NCBI GenBank assembly: GCA_963693365.1
Contig: CAVNZM010000005.1
Coordinates: 7,324,710-7,388,709 of the forward strand
Origin: Amoebidium appalachense
Lineage: Eukaryota > Protista > Ichthyosporea
Direction of reading: 5' to 3'
Length of the DNA stretch: 64,000 bases
Positions 1-43,105 of the stretch are shown piece after piece (the first letter of the stretch is position 1; each line of letters opens with the position of its first letter). Position numbers and translations under genes: made by a program. The notes below the pieces were generated by a model. That model made no database searches. It saw only the letters and a program-made list of their open reading frames with translations, and was not told the origin of the DNA.

Positions 1-423
1 ATGCAACATCAGCCATGTGCACAGTATGCGTCATAAGCAGAGCCCATCCTCAGGGAGGACCCAAGTCATCAATTGCGTCTGAGTTTCAACCCCTTAGCCC
101 GCGTATGGGCGGGGGGAGGAGACAGAGAGACGCGAGATAGAGAGAGGAGTACGTGTGTTAATTTACACATCCAGGAAGCAGGAGTGACCCAACTCCCCAC
201 ATAGCCATTACCTCGCAGGTCCGCCCTACGTATAATTTAGTTTTTGTGTCTTTCGGGTTACGTGTCCCAAAATGGGTTGTTCTGCACGAATGCAGCTGCA
301 TCTACGTGCATTCATGTCATACACTATGCACATAAACCACGTGCGCGTGTTCTCGACAGCTACTGCATAATGGTATGTGCCCAGCACACATTCAATTTGT
401 GTGAAAATGACAAGAGCTCGCAC

Positions 424-1683
424 CTTTCTGAGTCTTTCTTCCAGAATTTCGTAGCTTGGTGGCCGTATAAAGAGGTAGTTCGAAAGGGGGTTCAAAGAGG
501 ATGCCTTGACTAGCTTCACCCCGCACACCTCCAAATCCAGAACGCACAACTGCGATTCCCAACGTGGGTATGTGTCAGTCTACAATCGCTCACTTTCTGA
601 AGTCGAACAAACCATCCGTGGTCGACAACAACCCTCCCCCCCCCCCCCCCCCCCCCCCCTCCACCTGCAACCTCGGCTTCTAACAGGTTTACGCAAAGGG
701 ATGTGTGGGGTGTTGTTTTGTGTACACTGGGTGTGTGTATTTTATCTGGTAAGGAAAAATGCAAGGCGAGGCGGGGGGAAGGGGGGGGCGGGGATGGAGA
801 GGGCGCAAAAGGGGAAGGGAGGAGGGGAGGTGGGGGGTGATGAGAAGGTTGGAAAAAAGAGGAGCAAGGGGATAAAGGATATACCTTGTTCCGGGTGGTG
901 ATGTCGTTCACTGACTTATAGCTGGTGCCGTAGAGGTTTCCAGAAAACTGCACGTGCTCAATGAAAGCCTGAGCAGCTATCTCCCTCTGCATGACCTCTC
1001 TGCTGACAAAGTGGTAGTCCACACCGTCTCTCTCACCTGGACGAGGCTTTCTTGTTGTGTCTGCAGGGATCCCAGATGAGAAACGGGAGGCAGAAGAGGT
1101 GTACGAGTTTGTTTTGCGGGAAAGGGCTGCGGGCAGAAGTGGGGGGGATGGGAGGGGGTTGGGAGGAGAAGGGGGGGGTGTGGGGATGAACGATGCTATG
1201 TGGCTATGAGAGAAAAAGGGCTGTGCCGAGGATTTGGATTGGTTGGCAGCCACATGTGCCCGATGGTAGGGTGACGACGTTTTGTGTTTGGCCGTGTGGT
1301 GGTGGAAATGGTGTGGGGGAGGGGGAGTGGGGGGAGGTGGCAAGGGGGATAGGAGTTGGTGATAGAAGGCCGAAGATTGCGAAGGATGGGAGAAGGAATG
1401 TGGGCGCTGAATCGTTGTAGAAGTATGCCAGCCTTCTATAACGATTAATAACACCGCCAACAAGGCTCAACAGTGTGCCTAAGAAAACCGGAGCTCTGGG
1501 CACAGAATTTGGTGCATTTTCTTGTTTTTTGCCTCTTTCTTTTTAAGTTGGAGTTGGTTACTTACGAGAAACACTGAAGCTCAGGGAGTTCTTGAAGTCC
1601 AGCAGAAGCCGCTTGAGCAGCGTGCTCTTTCCGGCACCCGAGGGACCAAAGATCACAAGAACAGAGGGTTTTGTAACAAGCAT
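424..1683 (-). CDS. GUK1: Guanylate kinase, spliced; 3' exons unresolved or beyond the window start
   Basis: Exons 1683-1566 ([33 protein letters not shown]-loop), 1060-885 ([34 protein letters not shown], guanylate kinase signature) and 549-424 ([30 protein letters not shown]). GT-AG boundaries and phases are consistent. Confidence 0.93.
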
Positions 1684-2587
1684 GCTGGCAATGAATGCAC
1701 CTTTGTCACTGAATGGTAAAGGAGCAACTTAGACTTTTCATACGGCTTCCAGAAACATGCAGGTTACAGCCACTCTGTATAGACTGCTAATACCCTGTGT
1801 GTCTCTAATAGGATACATATGTCTCCAATGGAGAGTACATGTAAGTGCTTGTCTATCTCTACACGTGTCACAGTCGCCAGTACCCTTGCTTGTGCACGTG
1901 CAAACTCGTGCACACGGACTCAAGTCACCGTGTTTCTCGTTTTGTTTGCGCTATCCCTCGATAGTATCGTTCCCTCGATAATGCTTTAGTGTCAACGATC
2001 CTAACAATCGAACGAGGAACGGATACGCGTATGGGAAAACGTTCACTTTTTTATTTTTTTTTATTTTTCGTTTCTTTGACTTTCGCACCTGAAGTTATTA
2101 TGATTAGGCCATTTCTGCCTTCACTACCGAATAGCTCTACAGCAAACGGTTTCAAAAGTAGTGCATAGGACTTGCATCTGGCCATTGACAGGAGTGTCAG
2201 ACGGATATTAGCTTAGCTGCGGACGGGAGGTTTAACTCACTACTGAACTTGCAAGTGCATCTTGCTACAACACATGGACGTAGCTAGACAAGTTGAATAT
2301 AAAGGTGGACGAAGACATAGAAGAGAGCAAAATCAGTAAGAGTTTGAGCTTCTGGGCATTAACCACACCAGGAAGGTTATAGATAGCGGTTTTGGTTTTG
2401 TTGGATGGCCATGTCAAGGCAGGTGAAAGTGTGACAGCACTCTTTTGCCTTGATAATCCCATGGGGGCAAGATCCGCGTTGGAGTGAGAAATAACGAGCT
2501 GAGTTATAACCGACAAGGCACTGTCGAGTCTGCAAGCACGAAAGGAACGTTTTAGAAATCTGAAAAAAAGGAGAGTTGGAGATCACC
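1684..2587. promoter_or_regulatory. Divergent (head-to-head) promoter region between the guanylate kinase and FAF2-like genes
   Basis: About 0.9 kb of non-repetitive DNA between two oppositely oriented start codons; no specific motif assigned. Confidence 0.45.
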
Positions 2588-15029
<12,442 letters not shown>

Positions 15030-15072
15030 TCGGTCTTCAAGTTGGTTGCATGTAGATGGATCGTGTGTGTGT

Positions 15073-15134
<62 letters not shown>

Positions 15135-16254
15135 AATCATCCTTGTCAAGTTTTGAGCGTTCCCTGGCAGGGTTAGGTTTACACCCAAATTTTCCTCTGG
15201 CCCGGGTTACCTATAGATTTGGAAGTGTTGTAGACGGTTTGATTTACGACCCAACACGCCGACATTTGGTTTCCTAGCCAGGGGTTTAGTGGTTTTGGGT
15301 GGTTTGACTCTTACCTTGCCCTTCAGTCTTAGTTCGGTGCACTCTGGCGGGGCAGTATAGCCAGAATGTGGCCCGGGCATACCGAGTGTTTTTTTTTCTA
15401 CATGCATGATCTGGCTGTTTGACAGCTACCCAATGAGTCTTGTGTAGTTTTATGTAGTTTTTTTTTCAATGGACAGAGACCAGGAGTCAATTTGATCGTA
15501 TATCTACGGCGGCCGGAGGGCACAGTCAGGACGTGCCAGACCGTGATTATTTAATGCACAAGTCCAGTTTTCAGTGACTGATTCGAATGCATGCATATTG
15601 TTCTGCACGCACCATGTTATGTATGACTCACTGATTAGTGTAAAAGGACATGGCAATGTCCTAGCGGCCATGGCATACTGGCACAAGAATGCATCAACAT
15701 ATCTGTACATATCGCACCCAGGCGCACGCACACATTCACACGGTCATAAATATACAGGCATGGGCACGCGCGCACACATGTACACACATTCATACATGTA
15801 CTTTAATACATGTACACGTGTACACACATACACCCGCACACATGTACACACACAAGCGCACGTACATGCAGGCATGCACGACGGTACACACAACACACAC
15901 ATGCACACGTGTACAGACAAACACACAATGCAAGTACGCGTCATGCGCACACACCACCAAGGCCTCAGCTAAGTAACACACTGAAGCCGAAGGCCTTGGC
16001 ACATGTACAAAGACACACACGCACAGCTCTTCACTCGCTCGCACCATGTGGAAATGCACACACGTCTAACTTATATAATACGTATACCCACATAGGCTGG
16101 CAGTGCACGTACAGTTTGTTTGCACCGTGATGCAACTTCACGGCACATGTGGCCCCCGGCAGGGTTTCAACATGAATGACATAAATTGTTGGCCTCCTAA
16201 CAAATGAACATCTTGTGAGGTTTATGAATTAGTTGAGGCCCTGCTGACCATCGC

Positions 16255-16326
16255 GGCGGATTAGTGTAGCGGTTATCACCCCAGACTCTGAATCTGGTAA
16301 CCCGAGTTCGAATCTCGGATCTGCCT
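16255..16326 (+). tRNA. trnQ-CTG: tRNA-Gln(CTG), identical to the 9304-9375 copy
   Basis: Same 72 nt with unrelated flanks, followed by a T8 Pol III terminator. Confidence 0.95.
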
Positions 16327-17112
16327 TTACTTTTTTTTCCTCCCTGTTTCTTGAAACTGTCTGTCCGTTGTCTTCAGCTCACACTTCATGCAACGGTGTC
16401 TCTTATCCCCTTTCCTTTCGCCTCCGTTTCTTTCCTTCTCTCTTTTTTTGTTTTTTCATGGGATAATTATATCTAGTAGCAATTTACTTCTTCTTTACGT
16501 TCGCTGAGCGGCTGCTCATGGGCTTCCGGCGAAATTTCCTGAACCAGAGTATTTATGGTGAAGGCCAGGCTGTGTAGTCCTCGGTGACGCATCGACGTCG
16601 GCTACGTAACACGACGGAAGCTTGCAAAAGAAAACACTTCACTCTTGTGTATGAGGGTTTAGACATGGTGTAAGAAAACTGGGCTCAATATAACTGGAAA
16701 GTAGTCGCCTATTCTTTGAACGTCTAATTGCAAGTAAAAAAGAGGTATAGGTCAGTTGTAACCGAAGTAGAGCAAGTATAAGGCTGCCGATGATCCACAT
16801 CCATCTACAATCACAACAACGCCACTTGGGATCTATATAACACCGTTTGGCCTCTGATTTCACGGTCCCAAGCACTTATTACGTTCGATTACGTACCTGG
16901 CAGAGTCTACACTTCACATAAAGCCAGAAGTTGCACAGCTTCATCTTCTTCGTTTCCTCCCTCAGTAGTAATAGATCCCATCGTGTGGTCTGTTGGAAAG
17001 TAACACCTGTCACCACACCGCGGCGTTTGCTTGGTGCCCTCTGCGCGACAGTTGCTTGGTGTTGTTACCGGGATGTGTGGTTTGAGGCTGGCCCGGAGCC
17101 TCGACAGTCTTC

Positions 17113-33912
<16,800 letters not shown>

Positions 33913-34424
33913 CGTTCGGAACTCCAGCAACCAGAGGGAGTGTGCGACAAAACTTCAATATTCCTGTTCGTTATCTGGTGTAGTTCACGAAGGACGTATG
34001 CAAGCTCATGCGCAGCCGATATCCGGATACATGCACACCGCTATATGCACACACATGCATACAGTACATGCATTAGCAGACACACAAGCAAGCACACACA
34101 CAGTTGTGGGCAATGATATCGCACGGGTGTGCTTACACACACACAGGCTCACACGTTCGAGTTATACACATCCGCAGGTTTTATAGTAGCACCATTGAGC
34201 AGGTTTTTTGATTTGCCTTTTTTCTTTTTTTTTTCCGGTAATCATTCATTTTTTGTTTGTTAGTTACATGCACAATAGCTGTTGTTGCCACATGTTTTGC
34301 TGGCCTTGGGGATGGCCTTCGAACATGGACGTAGGGTGCCTTACGCAAACCATAACATTGGAAACACGGACCTGTCCTTCTATTGTACTCCTTTTTTTTG
34401 TTGTTGGTGTTCGTGGGTTGGTGT

Positions 34425-34467
<43 letters not shown>

Positions 34468-34799
34468 GGGGGGGGGGGGGGGGGGGGGGTCGGAACCACT
34501 TCACAATGGTTTGCACTTAATGAAATGTGTCTGAGCCGGCACAATCATGCTAGCGTGGGGAGATCTGATTTAGAGTCGACATGAAACCCGTAAGGAAGCT
34601 TTGTCTGTAGACCTTTGATGAACAGATAACATCTTGAGTGAACAAGTATGAATGACCGATTACAGATCCACCGAATAAAGAAATACTAACGCAATGATAC
34701 CACGTACCGGCTGCCATCCATTATTAGATTTAAGCCTGTACAGCAGGTCATCCTCCCCATATGAGATGCCTCCCCTCCCCCCCCCCCCTCCCCCCCCCC

Positions 34800-34929
<130 letters not shown>

Positions 34930-35650
34930 ACCACCACCACCACCACCACCACCACCCATCCACCAACCCACCCGCCCGCCCGCCCGCCCGCCCGCCCGCC
35001 CGCCCACCGCCGCCACCACCACCACCACCAAAAAATTCGTGCCTTCTGAGTGAGGCGCTAAACCTGCACATATAGTTCGATCTTGTCTCTCGCGCGGAGG
35101 AACTGTAGTCTGTAATCTTCTGCACCGGTACACATGCATACACGGTTTTACTTCACCTCAATTGATAATTGAATCAAATTCATGCAATCAAATCCATGCA
35201 AGGTATGTATGTACATGCTTGCATTTGCTTTTCGGAAAAGAAAAATAAGAACCCGGGTGTGTTTGTCTGTGTGGGTGGATGGGCCCGGTTGGAGGGTGGG
35301 CGGCTGGGGCCGGTCGTTGTGGTTGGTGCGTGCGTGTGCATGTGTGTGACGTACGCACGTGTGCCCGTACGTGTGCTTGTGTATTGAAGTTTATTATAAT
35401 GGTACGGGGAGGCTGTGTGCGAACAAGTCACGGAAGCTGTACATGTGCATGTTGTGTGATATCGATCAGACGAGCTGCTGATATCGAACGTGCATAGATA
35501 TCGGATCTAATGATTTACAGGCCCTAGTACTGGTGGACTGCCCGGTGGTGGTGTTGGTGGTGGTGGGGTGCACGTGTGTGTATGTGTGCACATGTGTGTG
35601 TGTGTTGGGTTGGGAGGGCGGGGGAGTTGGAGAGGGGGGAGGGGGGGGGG

Positions 35651-35703
<53 letters not shown>

Positions 35704-36482
35704 TGGAACGAGAGTCGGATTCACCGTACAGTAATTTCACTGTACACGTGATGTACGCATCGATGATGTCAGCGCCCGGCCGGATGTGCCGCCGTGTGCA
35801 CCAAAAAATCAGTTGGTTCAGTTTCGCGATTCTGCTTTATTTGGAAAAAAAGAATTGGCGACAAATTAACTGATTGGCTTTCATATGATCCAATCAAATG
35901 CACCTTTTATTTGATTGGATAGCACGCACCACGAGCACGCGTGGGATTTCGGTGATATTCGCAAGGTCGGTTGCCCTAAGATGACATTTTCTGACAACAC
36001 TGGACTAATCCAAGGACAACATGTATGTTCATTGTCAGCTATAAATGCTATATAAGCAAAAAAGACTACTGTATTGGTGATAGTGCAGCCTATTGATGGT
36101 TTGGCCCAGGCGATGGCTCAAAAAAAGAATTTTGTGAACATCGACCGAATTGAGGTCCGATGCTCTGATTGGATACAATAAACTTAGGGAAGCTCAGGGA
36201 AATTTGGTTGGGCATGATCAATGCAGAATTAGCCAATCATGTAGCTCGTCCGGACCGGTTGTATGAGCGAGATATACGGGAGATACCCCGTACACTAGAG
36301 CCCCCTCATCCTCATGCGCTCTATATAGCCTCGCTACACAGAGGGAGAGGGAGAGAGAGAGGGAGAGGGGGAGGGGGGGGGAGGGGGAGGGATGGGAGAG
36401 ACGGAGAGAGGGAGACAGGGAGGGAAAGGGAGAGGGGGGGGGCTCGGGGGCTCGGGGGGAGTCGGAGAGAGAGAGAGAGGGA

Positions 36483-36675
<193 letters not shown>

Positions 36676-38285
36676 GGAGAGAGAGAGAGACTCGTTGTGC
36701 TCTGAGAGTGAGAGAGAAGGGAGGGGGAGTGCCTTGAGAGAGAGAGAGAGAGAGACAGAGGGCGGGGGGGTGGGTACCCTGGCCATGGAGAGAGTAATGG
36801 AGAGAGCTGAGAGTGACTCACTGCATTCATCATTGCAAGGTTGCATCCATCCTCATCGTGGGTGCCAAACCGCGGGAAGGCAAACACTTCCGGTGACCAA
36901 GTGACGGTCAGACCGACCGCACTATTCAGGCAGCCAATAAAAATAGAAATCTTTACAAATTGAACCAATCGAACATCTTGTGTTCGCAAAGATTTTGAAA
37001 AGGGGATCACCAAATACTCCTTTGGTGGGATATTTTCGGAATCCAAATTGTAAAGAAAGTGGACTGCAGTCTGGGCGGTGTGGGCGCCACTGGGCGGGCG
37101 AACGGTCCAACTTATACTTTATATGTCTGTATAATGTATAGTAAAACAAGACCTCATAAAATGAAGCCTGTTGTTCACTTTTGTTTAATACGACTGACAG
37201 CCTTTGTTGTCTAAACTGTAACAGAGCTACCCAATTTAACAGTGTACTGGAGGCTCCACCGAAGTATCTTGAAATCTGGAACCAGTCACTCCGGGTTGTT
37301 TATAGTCTGGCTGTATAATAGCCGTGACGTGGTCGCAACATGTAATTTTGCCGTAAATGAGATGATATGCAATAACGATAAGAACACCTTGCTTTGTTGA
37401 AGAGGGTATGCAGTCTGACACTATTGAATCAGTGTACGACCACCCAAATGATAAATAATAACAAAGTAATAAGGAGTAAAGTGAAATTGAAGTCGGTGGT
37501 CGAACGAAAGATGCTTGCACGCAACCCCTCCCCCAGCAGCGCCCCCCTCCCCCCCCCCCCCCTCCCCCCCACCCCTTGACCATACCTCTCCTATCCATAG
37601 ATCTCTATCCAGTATAATCTAAAGAGACGGGGGTTTGGTGGACTTCCCCCCCCCCCCCCCCCCCCCCCTAGGTTAGGGGATTAAAAAAAAATGGTGTCTA
37701 TTTGCCTGTTGCTCGACTTAAATCCTTTTCTGCACCATCCACTCTCATTTGGCTACAAGAGTATCGTACTCCCCCATCAACACCACTCCACGGACTGACG
37801 TTGCCCCCCCAGCTCCCCCCCTTCGGAGTCCCCTCCCCGCCCCCCCCCCCCCCCCCTCCCCCTCCCCTCCGCCCCCTCCCTCCCCTCCCCCTCCCCCTCC
37901 CCCCCTTCCCCCCTTCGGAGTCCCCCTCCCCCCTCCCCGCCCCCCCCCTCCCCCCCCCCCCCCCCCCCCCCTGCACCCCCTCCCTTCCTTCTCCTCTTCG
38001 CGGTCTCCCTTCCGCTCCCGACGTCCAGAATGACCTTTTCCTGGGGTAGAGCTTTGGGGGGTTTGTTTTATATGTTGCGTGTGGGGGGGGGGAGGGGGGA
38101 TAAGCGATGTCTTGGGCAAAGCGTAGGCAGGTCCTGGGCAAGAAGCACATGCATGCCGTTCAGTCTTTGATTGAATACCCTAATAGGCCATAGCTTGAGT
38201 TAGTTTTGACTTTGTAGGGCAGCACGGACCACACACAGTTTGCACACCCGTGAGCGCACACACGCGCATAGACACACCGACACCC

Positions 38286-38332
<47 letters not shown>

Positions 38333-38424
38333 GCGTCTGTTATACACAGACACACGCACACGTACGGACAGCGGCACACCCACAACACCGTGCTACGGAC
38401 ACCCCCCTGCGCCCCCCCCCCCCC

Positions 38425-38455
<31 letters not shown>

Positions 38456-38614
38456 AAACAGTTACCCCTCCCCCCTCCCCCCCTCCATACGCATGCGCAC
38501 GCACATCTCGTGATCAGACAACCCAACCGAAAAATGGTCTCCACACTTCCATTGTAAGGAGGGGGAAGAGGGGGTGGGTGTGTGTGAGGGAGGGGAGGGG
38601 GAGGGGGGGGGGGA

Positions 38615-38645
<31 letters not shown>

Positions 38646-38757
38646 AGGGGGCAGGGTGATTCATCTGGAATCTCAGAAATACGGATCTCCCGAGGCTCTT
38701 TGATCATATATTGAGACCCAATCACGGACATTTTTTCTCTTTTTTTTCGGGATTTTT

Positions 38758-38788
<31 letters not shown>

Positions 38789-38792
38789 GGGG

Positions 38793-38824
<32 letters not shown>

Positions 38825-39031
38825 TCGTCTAGCAGCTGTTGTCGATGTACTTTTTGTTTCAATGGGTTTTTGCCAATAATCGGAGTTCGAAGTGTTCTTT
38901 TCGACCTCACTGCTTCGTTTCGCTTCTAATGGGTTTTTGCAGCGAAACTTACACGTACACACAGATAAGCACTGTGACACATCACATACAAAAATTAAAT
39001 AGACTGCAAGTTGTGCACTTGAAACTCAGAG

Positions 39032-39071
<40 letters not shown>

Positions 39072-39099
39072 AGGTTGTCTTATTTTCCCCTTAGTCTTG

Positions 39100-39528
39100 G
39101 TAAACCTTAGAATCTGACTTTTTCCTTTAAGATTCTGGTAGTTATTATCTTATGTCAGTAGGTGAATCGTTTATAAACCCGAATGACCCCTGCAGTCACC
39201 ACGGGATAGTCTAAGAAGCAATGTGTCGGATAGGGTTGGGATAGCACTTACGTGTATCTCAGGGATCAAAAAGGAAGTTAATAAATGCAAAAATCGAAAA
39301 TGTTGGAGAAAATCTTTTTTGTGCAGCTTATGGCTTAGATTTGCTAACTACTTGGCAAAAATTTCTCAAAAAAAAGGGGCAACTAGTATATACAGGCAAC
39401 AATCTCAATAATTTCTCTTGGGAGCATCGGGTGAGTACAGGTGGGTAACCTTACACAGACCTCAGTAAGACGCACTTTCGATGGCTTTGCTACGATCACG
39501 CCGAGATTTCGCAACACCGACATAGACT

Positions 39529-39579
<51 letters not shown>

Positions 39580-41100
39580 CCCACACACACACACACACAC
39601 ACCACCACCACCACCTTTAACGGTGATACAAAAGTATGTCATTGCCAACTCTCCCGGTCTCCTGGTGTATTTGTGTCTGTGCCAGAAATTTAAGTCCGGA
39701 TCAGTGCCCAATGATGACGTAACCCTACGAAATCCTTATACTTGCTTTGCCTATATATTGTGCAATCTCCCGGGATAGTTTGCAGCGTAAAGAAAATTGA
39801 TTTATGGGTAAATGCTGACTTAGTTGCTAAACTATGAACACCCATATAGGGGGCCAGTATTGACCTCCCAAAATTGCCCGAAACCTACACCGTGTAAACT
39901 GACGCGGCCCAAAGATAATTGGCTTAAGCAACGTCAACATGACGTTGGCCTTGTATTTGCCTGTACAATGTCTTGCCCTATCTCCTACTTCAGTCCTTAA
40001 GACATCTTTCATCGATATGTCGTATTAGTAAGGGGTGTACGATGTACAAATCAGGCTAAGTGCTCAGAATTTCTTCATGATATGGCAATGCGGCCTAAAA
40101 AGGAGATTACCATATATAGGCAAAACATGTATCCGGTTGTGGTTACTCGGATCATATATTATCGACACAAATCCGTGACGAGTCCTAGTCCGTGGAGCAC
40201 ATGGTGGCCTTTTAGGGGACTGCAAGTTTGCTGGGTCATTATCTGATGCTGTTAACCAATCGGATCCGACATATTTGCTACAATAAGAGGTATGTATTAT
40301 GTAGCTATTGCTTTCAAATTACCCGTTGATATGTGTGGGGTTCAAATGCAGGGGATTTAAGGACGGTGGCCGTTTGGGGGCGGGGGGAAGGGGCATGGGT
40401 TGGTGGGTGGGTGGGTTGGTGTAGGTGTGTGTGTGTGTGGGTGAGTGGGTGGGTGGGAGGGGGGGCCAGATGTGTGTATGGGTGGGTGGGTGGGTGGTGG
40501 GGGAGGGGGGGGGGGGGGGGGAGGGGGGAGGGGGGGGTGTGGGTGGGTGGGTGGGTGGTGGTGTGTGTGTGTGTGTGTGTGGTGGGGGGGGGGGGGGGGG
40601 GGGGGGGGAAGGGGGTGGGGGGGGGGGGGTGAGTGGGTGGATGGTTGGGTGGTGGTGGGGGGGGGGGAGGGGGGAGGCTGTGGGTGGATGGGGGGGGGGG
40701 TAGGTGTGGGGTTGGGGGATATGGGGGGGGGGGTTGGTGGGATGTACGTGGTAGTGGTAGGCACGGATGGGGTAGAGATGGGGTAGGGACTTGGTGAGGT
40801 GAGGGGGAGGTGTGTGTGTGCATGTGCCCCGGATGTGTTGGTGCCGTATGTGGGTGGATGTGGTGGTGGTGGTGGCGCGGGGGAAGGGGGGGGGGGGGGG
40901 AAGGGGGGGGAGGGGGGGGGGGGGGGGAGGGGGGAGGGGGACAGGGGCTTTTCGGAGAGCTAAGCGTTAATTACATATCCGACAGAGATCATCGTGCTGG
41001 GTGGCGGCCGCGGGTGGCATGAATGGGTCCTCCCGGGGATAGCAGACAGGGGACCTCTGAGTGGGACACCAAATGGTCAGGGATTAGGGATTATAGACCC
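39100..41100 (-). pseudogene. Probable highly decayed non-LTR (LINE) reverse transcriptase remnant interrupted by microsatellites
   Basis: Colinear degenerate minus-strand motifs across frames: LRKAP (~40945), ATVLK (~40360), DPSNHNRIHVLPIYGNLLF (~40095-40155; compare DPSNYRPISLLP), SILAPI (~39855), LYAAN (~39785; compare LYADD), TYFCITVKGG (~39625; compare YLGI), LKSMSVLRNLG (~39515). Many stops and frameshifts. Confidence 0.4.
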
Positions 41101-41218
41101 CGGTTAGCGAGGCTATTGGATAGGATTTGGTTTTCTCCAAGAAGTTTTTCTTTTTCTTTTCTTTCTTTCTTTCTTTTCTTTTTCTTTTCTTCTCACCTTT
41201 TTTTTTTTTTCCCCTCAA

Positions 41219-41271
<53 letters not shown>

Positions 41272-42409
41272 TGGCAATGGGGGGGGGCGGGGGGGGGGGG
41301 GGGGGGGGAGGGTCATCCGTCCCCCGGGTGCCATCTACGAGAGAGACCTGAGCTTTGCCTAGTCCAAAATCTTTACCACACTGGTGTTACGTGCAGTCCC
41401 CATCCTCCCCTCCTTGCCCCTTCCCCCTCCCCCATCAAAAAAAAGCGCATTCCCAGGGTCTATTACACGGCTAATACTTGTCCCGATCAAACTTGGAACT
41501 TCTGCCCTCAACAGAATTGCGCATACAAAGTGGGTGGGTGGTGAGTGGATGGACGTGTGGGGGCTGGGGTGGGGGGGACTGATTGTGTGGCATAGTCCCC
41601 TGCGCTGGGCGCTGGGGGGGGGGGGGGGGGGGGGGGAGGGGGGAGGGGGGGGGGGGGGGGGGGAAGGGGAAAGGACCGACGATCCCTACGGCTAGTTTGG
41701 GGAAGGGGGAGTAGAGGGATGCCGTGTGGGGGATGGGGGGAGGGGGGTGGGGGGAGGGGAGGGAGGGGGAGGGGATTAGGGGGGAGGGGGGAGGGGGGGG
41801 GGGGGGAGGAGGCGTTGGGGTAGGGTATTGGAATGCCCGTGTGTTCTAATATTAACACTTACCTGTCAGTCACCAGCCCTATCTGCTGTGAAACCTGTGT
41901 TTCCTCTTTAATGTAGGGGCCAAGGAGGGTAAAAAGGTGGGTGGGATGGGGTGGGGGGGTTGGGGGGGGGGGGGGGGGGGGGGGGGACTTGTGCGTGCGT
42001 GTGGATTGGGGGAGTGGGAAGGGGGTGGGTGGGTGGGGAGGGGGGGGGAGGGGGGGGGGGGGAAGACGGGTGCTTGTATGGGATGAGCAAGGGTATTCTG
42101 TGTGCAAAAGCAAAGGCAAATAGCAGATGTGTATATTTGTAAATGTGAATGCTTCGGGGGAGGAGAGGGGGCGGGATTGGGCAAATGTGTTTGTTTGTGT
42201 TTGCGTGTGATGATAGGCGGACTGAAAGAGGGTGAGAAGCGGGGGGGAGTATGTGTGTTGGTGTGCCTCGGTGTGTATGATTGGGGTGGGGGAGGCCCGG
42301 GGGGAGGGGGGAGGGGGCAGGGGGCAAATGGGTGTGTGTGGGTGTGTAGGTGTTAGAGAGGCGGGGGGGGGGGGGGGGGGGGGGGGGGATGTGTGTGTTT
42401 GTGTGTTAC

Positions 42410-42442
<33 letters not shown>

Positions 42443-42480
42443 ATGCACTTGTGCCACGTGTGCGTGTGTGCGCACGCATA

Positions 42481-42517
<37 letters not shown>

Positions 42518-42666
42518 CTGGGTATGTGAGTGTTTCATGCGTGTGTGTGTGTGTGTGTGTGCACGTGCCCGTGTGTATGTGTGTGTGTGAGGTGTGTGTG
42601 TGTGTGTGCATGTGTGTGTTTTGTATGTGCATGCGTGTGTGTGTGAGTGCGTGTGTTCGCGCGCAA

Positions 42667-42739
<73 letters not shown>

Positions 42740-43066
42740 TTTGTGTGTGTGTGTGTGTGTATGTGTGTGTGTGTGTATCTCGGTGTACGTTTGTGTGCCC
42801 AGGGTGTTTGCTCTTGTTTGTGCAGTGTGTATGTGTGTTGGAGGAGGGAGGGGGGGAAGGGGGAATATGTAAACAATGTTTGACTGGTTGCTTTCGGAAG
42901 AGATGGGCACTGTTTAAAATTTGTCGGAGGACGCTTCTTTTGCGAAATTCTGGCATGTGGTGTTTGTGCCTATGTTTGGAACTATCAGCACTTGAACCCA
43001 AACCTCTGATGGCTGTAGGGATGGTGTGGCCCACACCTGTTCTATTTGCCCTCTCTCGCTCTCTCC

Positions 43067-43105
<39 letters not shown>

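Noticed and set aside
212-225. 14-nt candidate microexon of guanylate kinase
   Set aside because: It has AG/GT borders but its translation (GGPA) does not match the expected RGTE motif; left out of the model.
15135-15400. Non-repetitive block ending in a T run, a possible Pol III ncRNA
   Set aside because: No A/B boxes and no SRP, RNase P/MRP or snRNA motifs recognised; probably FAF2 3' UTR or flank.
39711-39820. Possible C/D box snoRNA (ATGATGA...CTGA)
   Set aside because: No terminal stem or recognisable rRNA guide, and it overlaps the putative LINE fossil.
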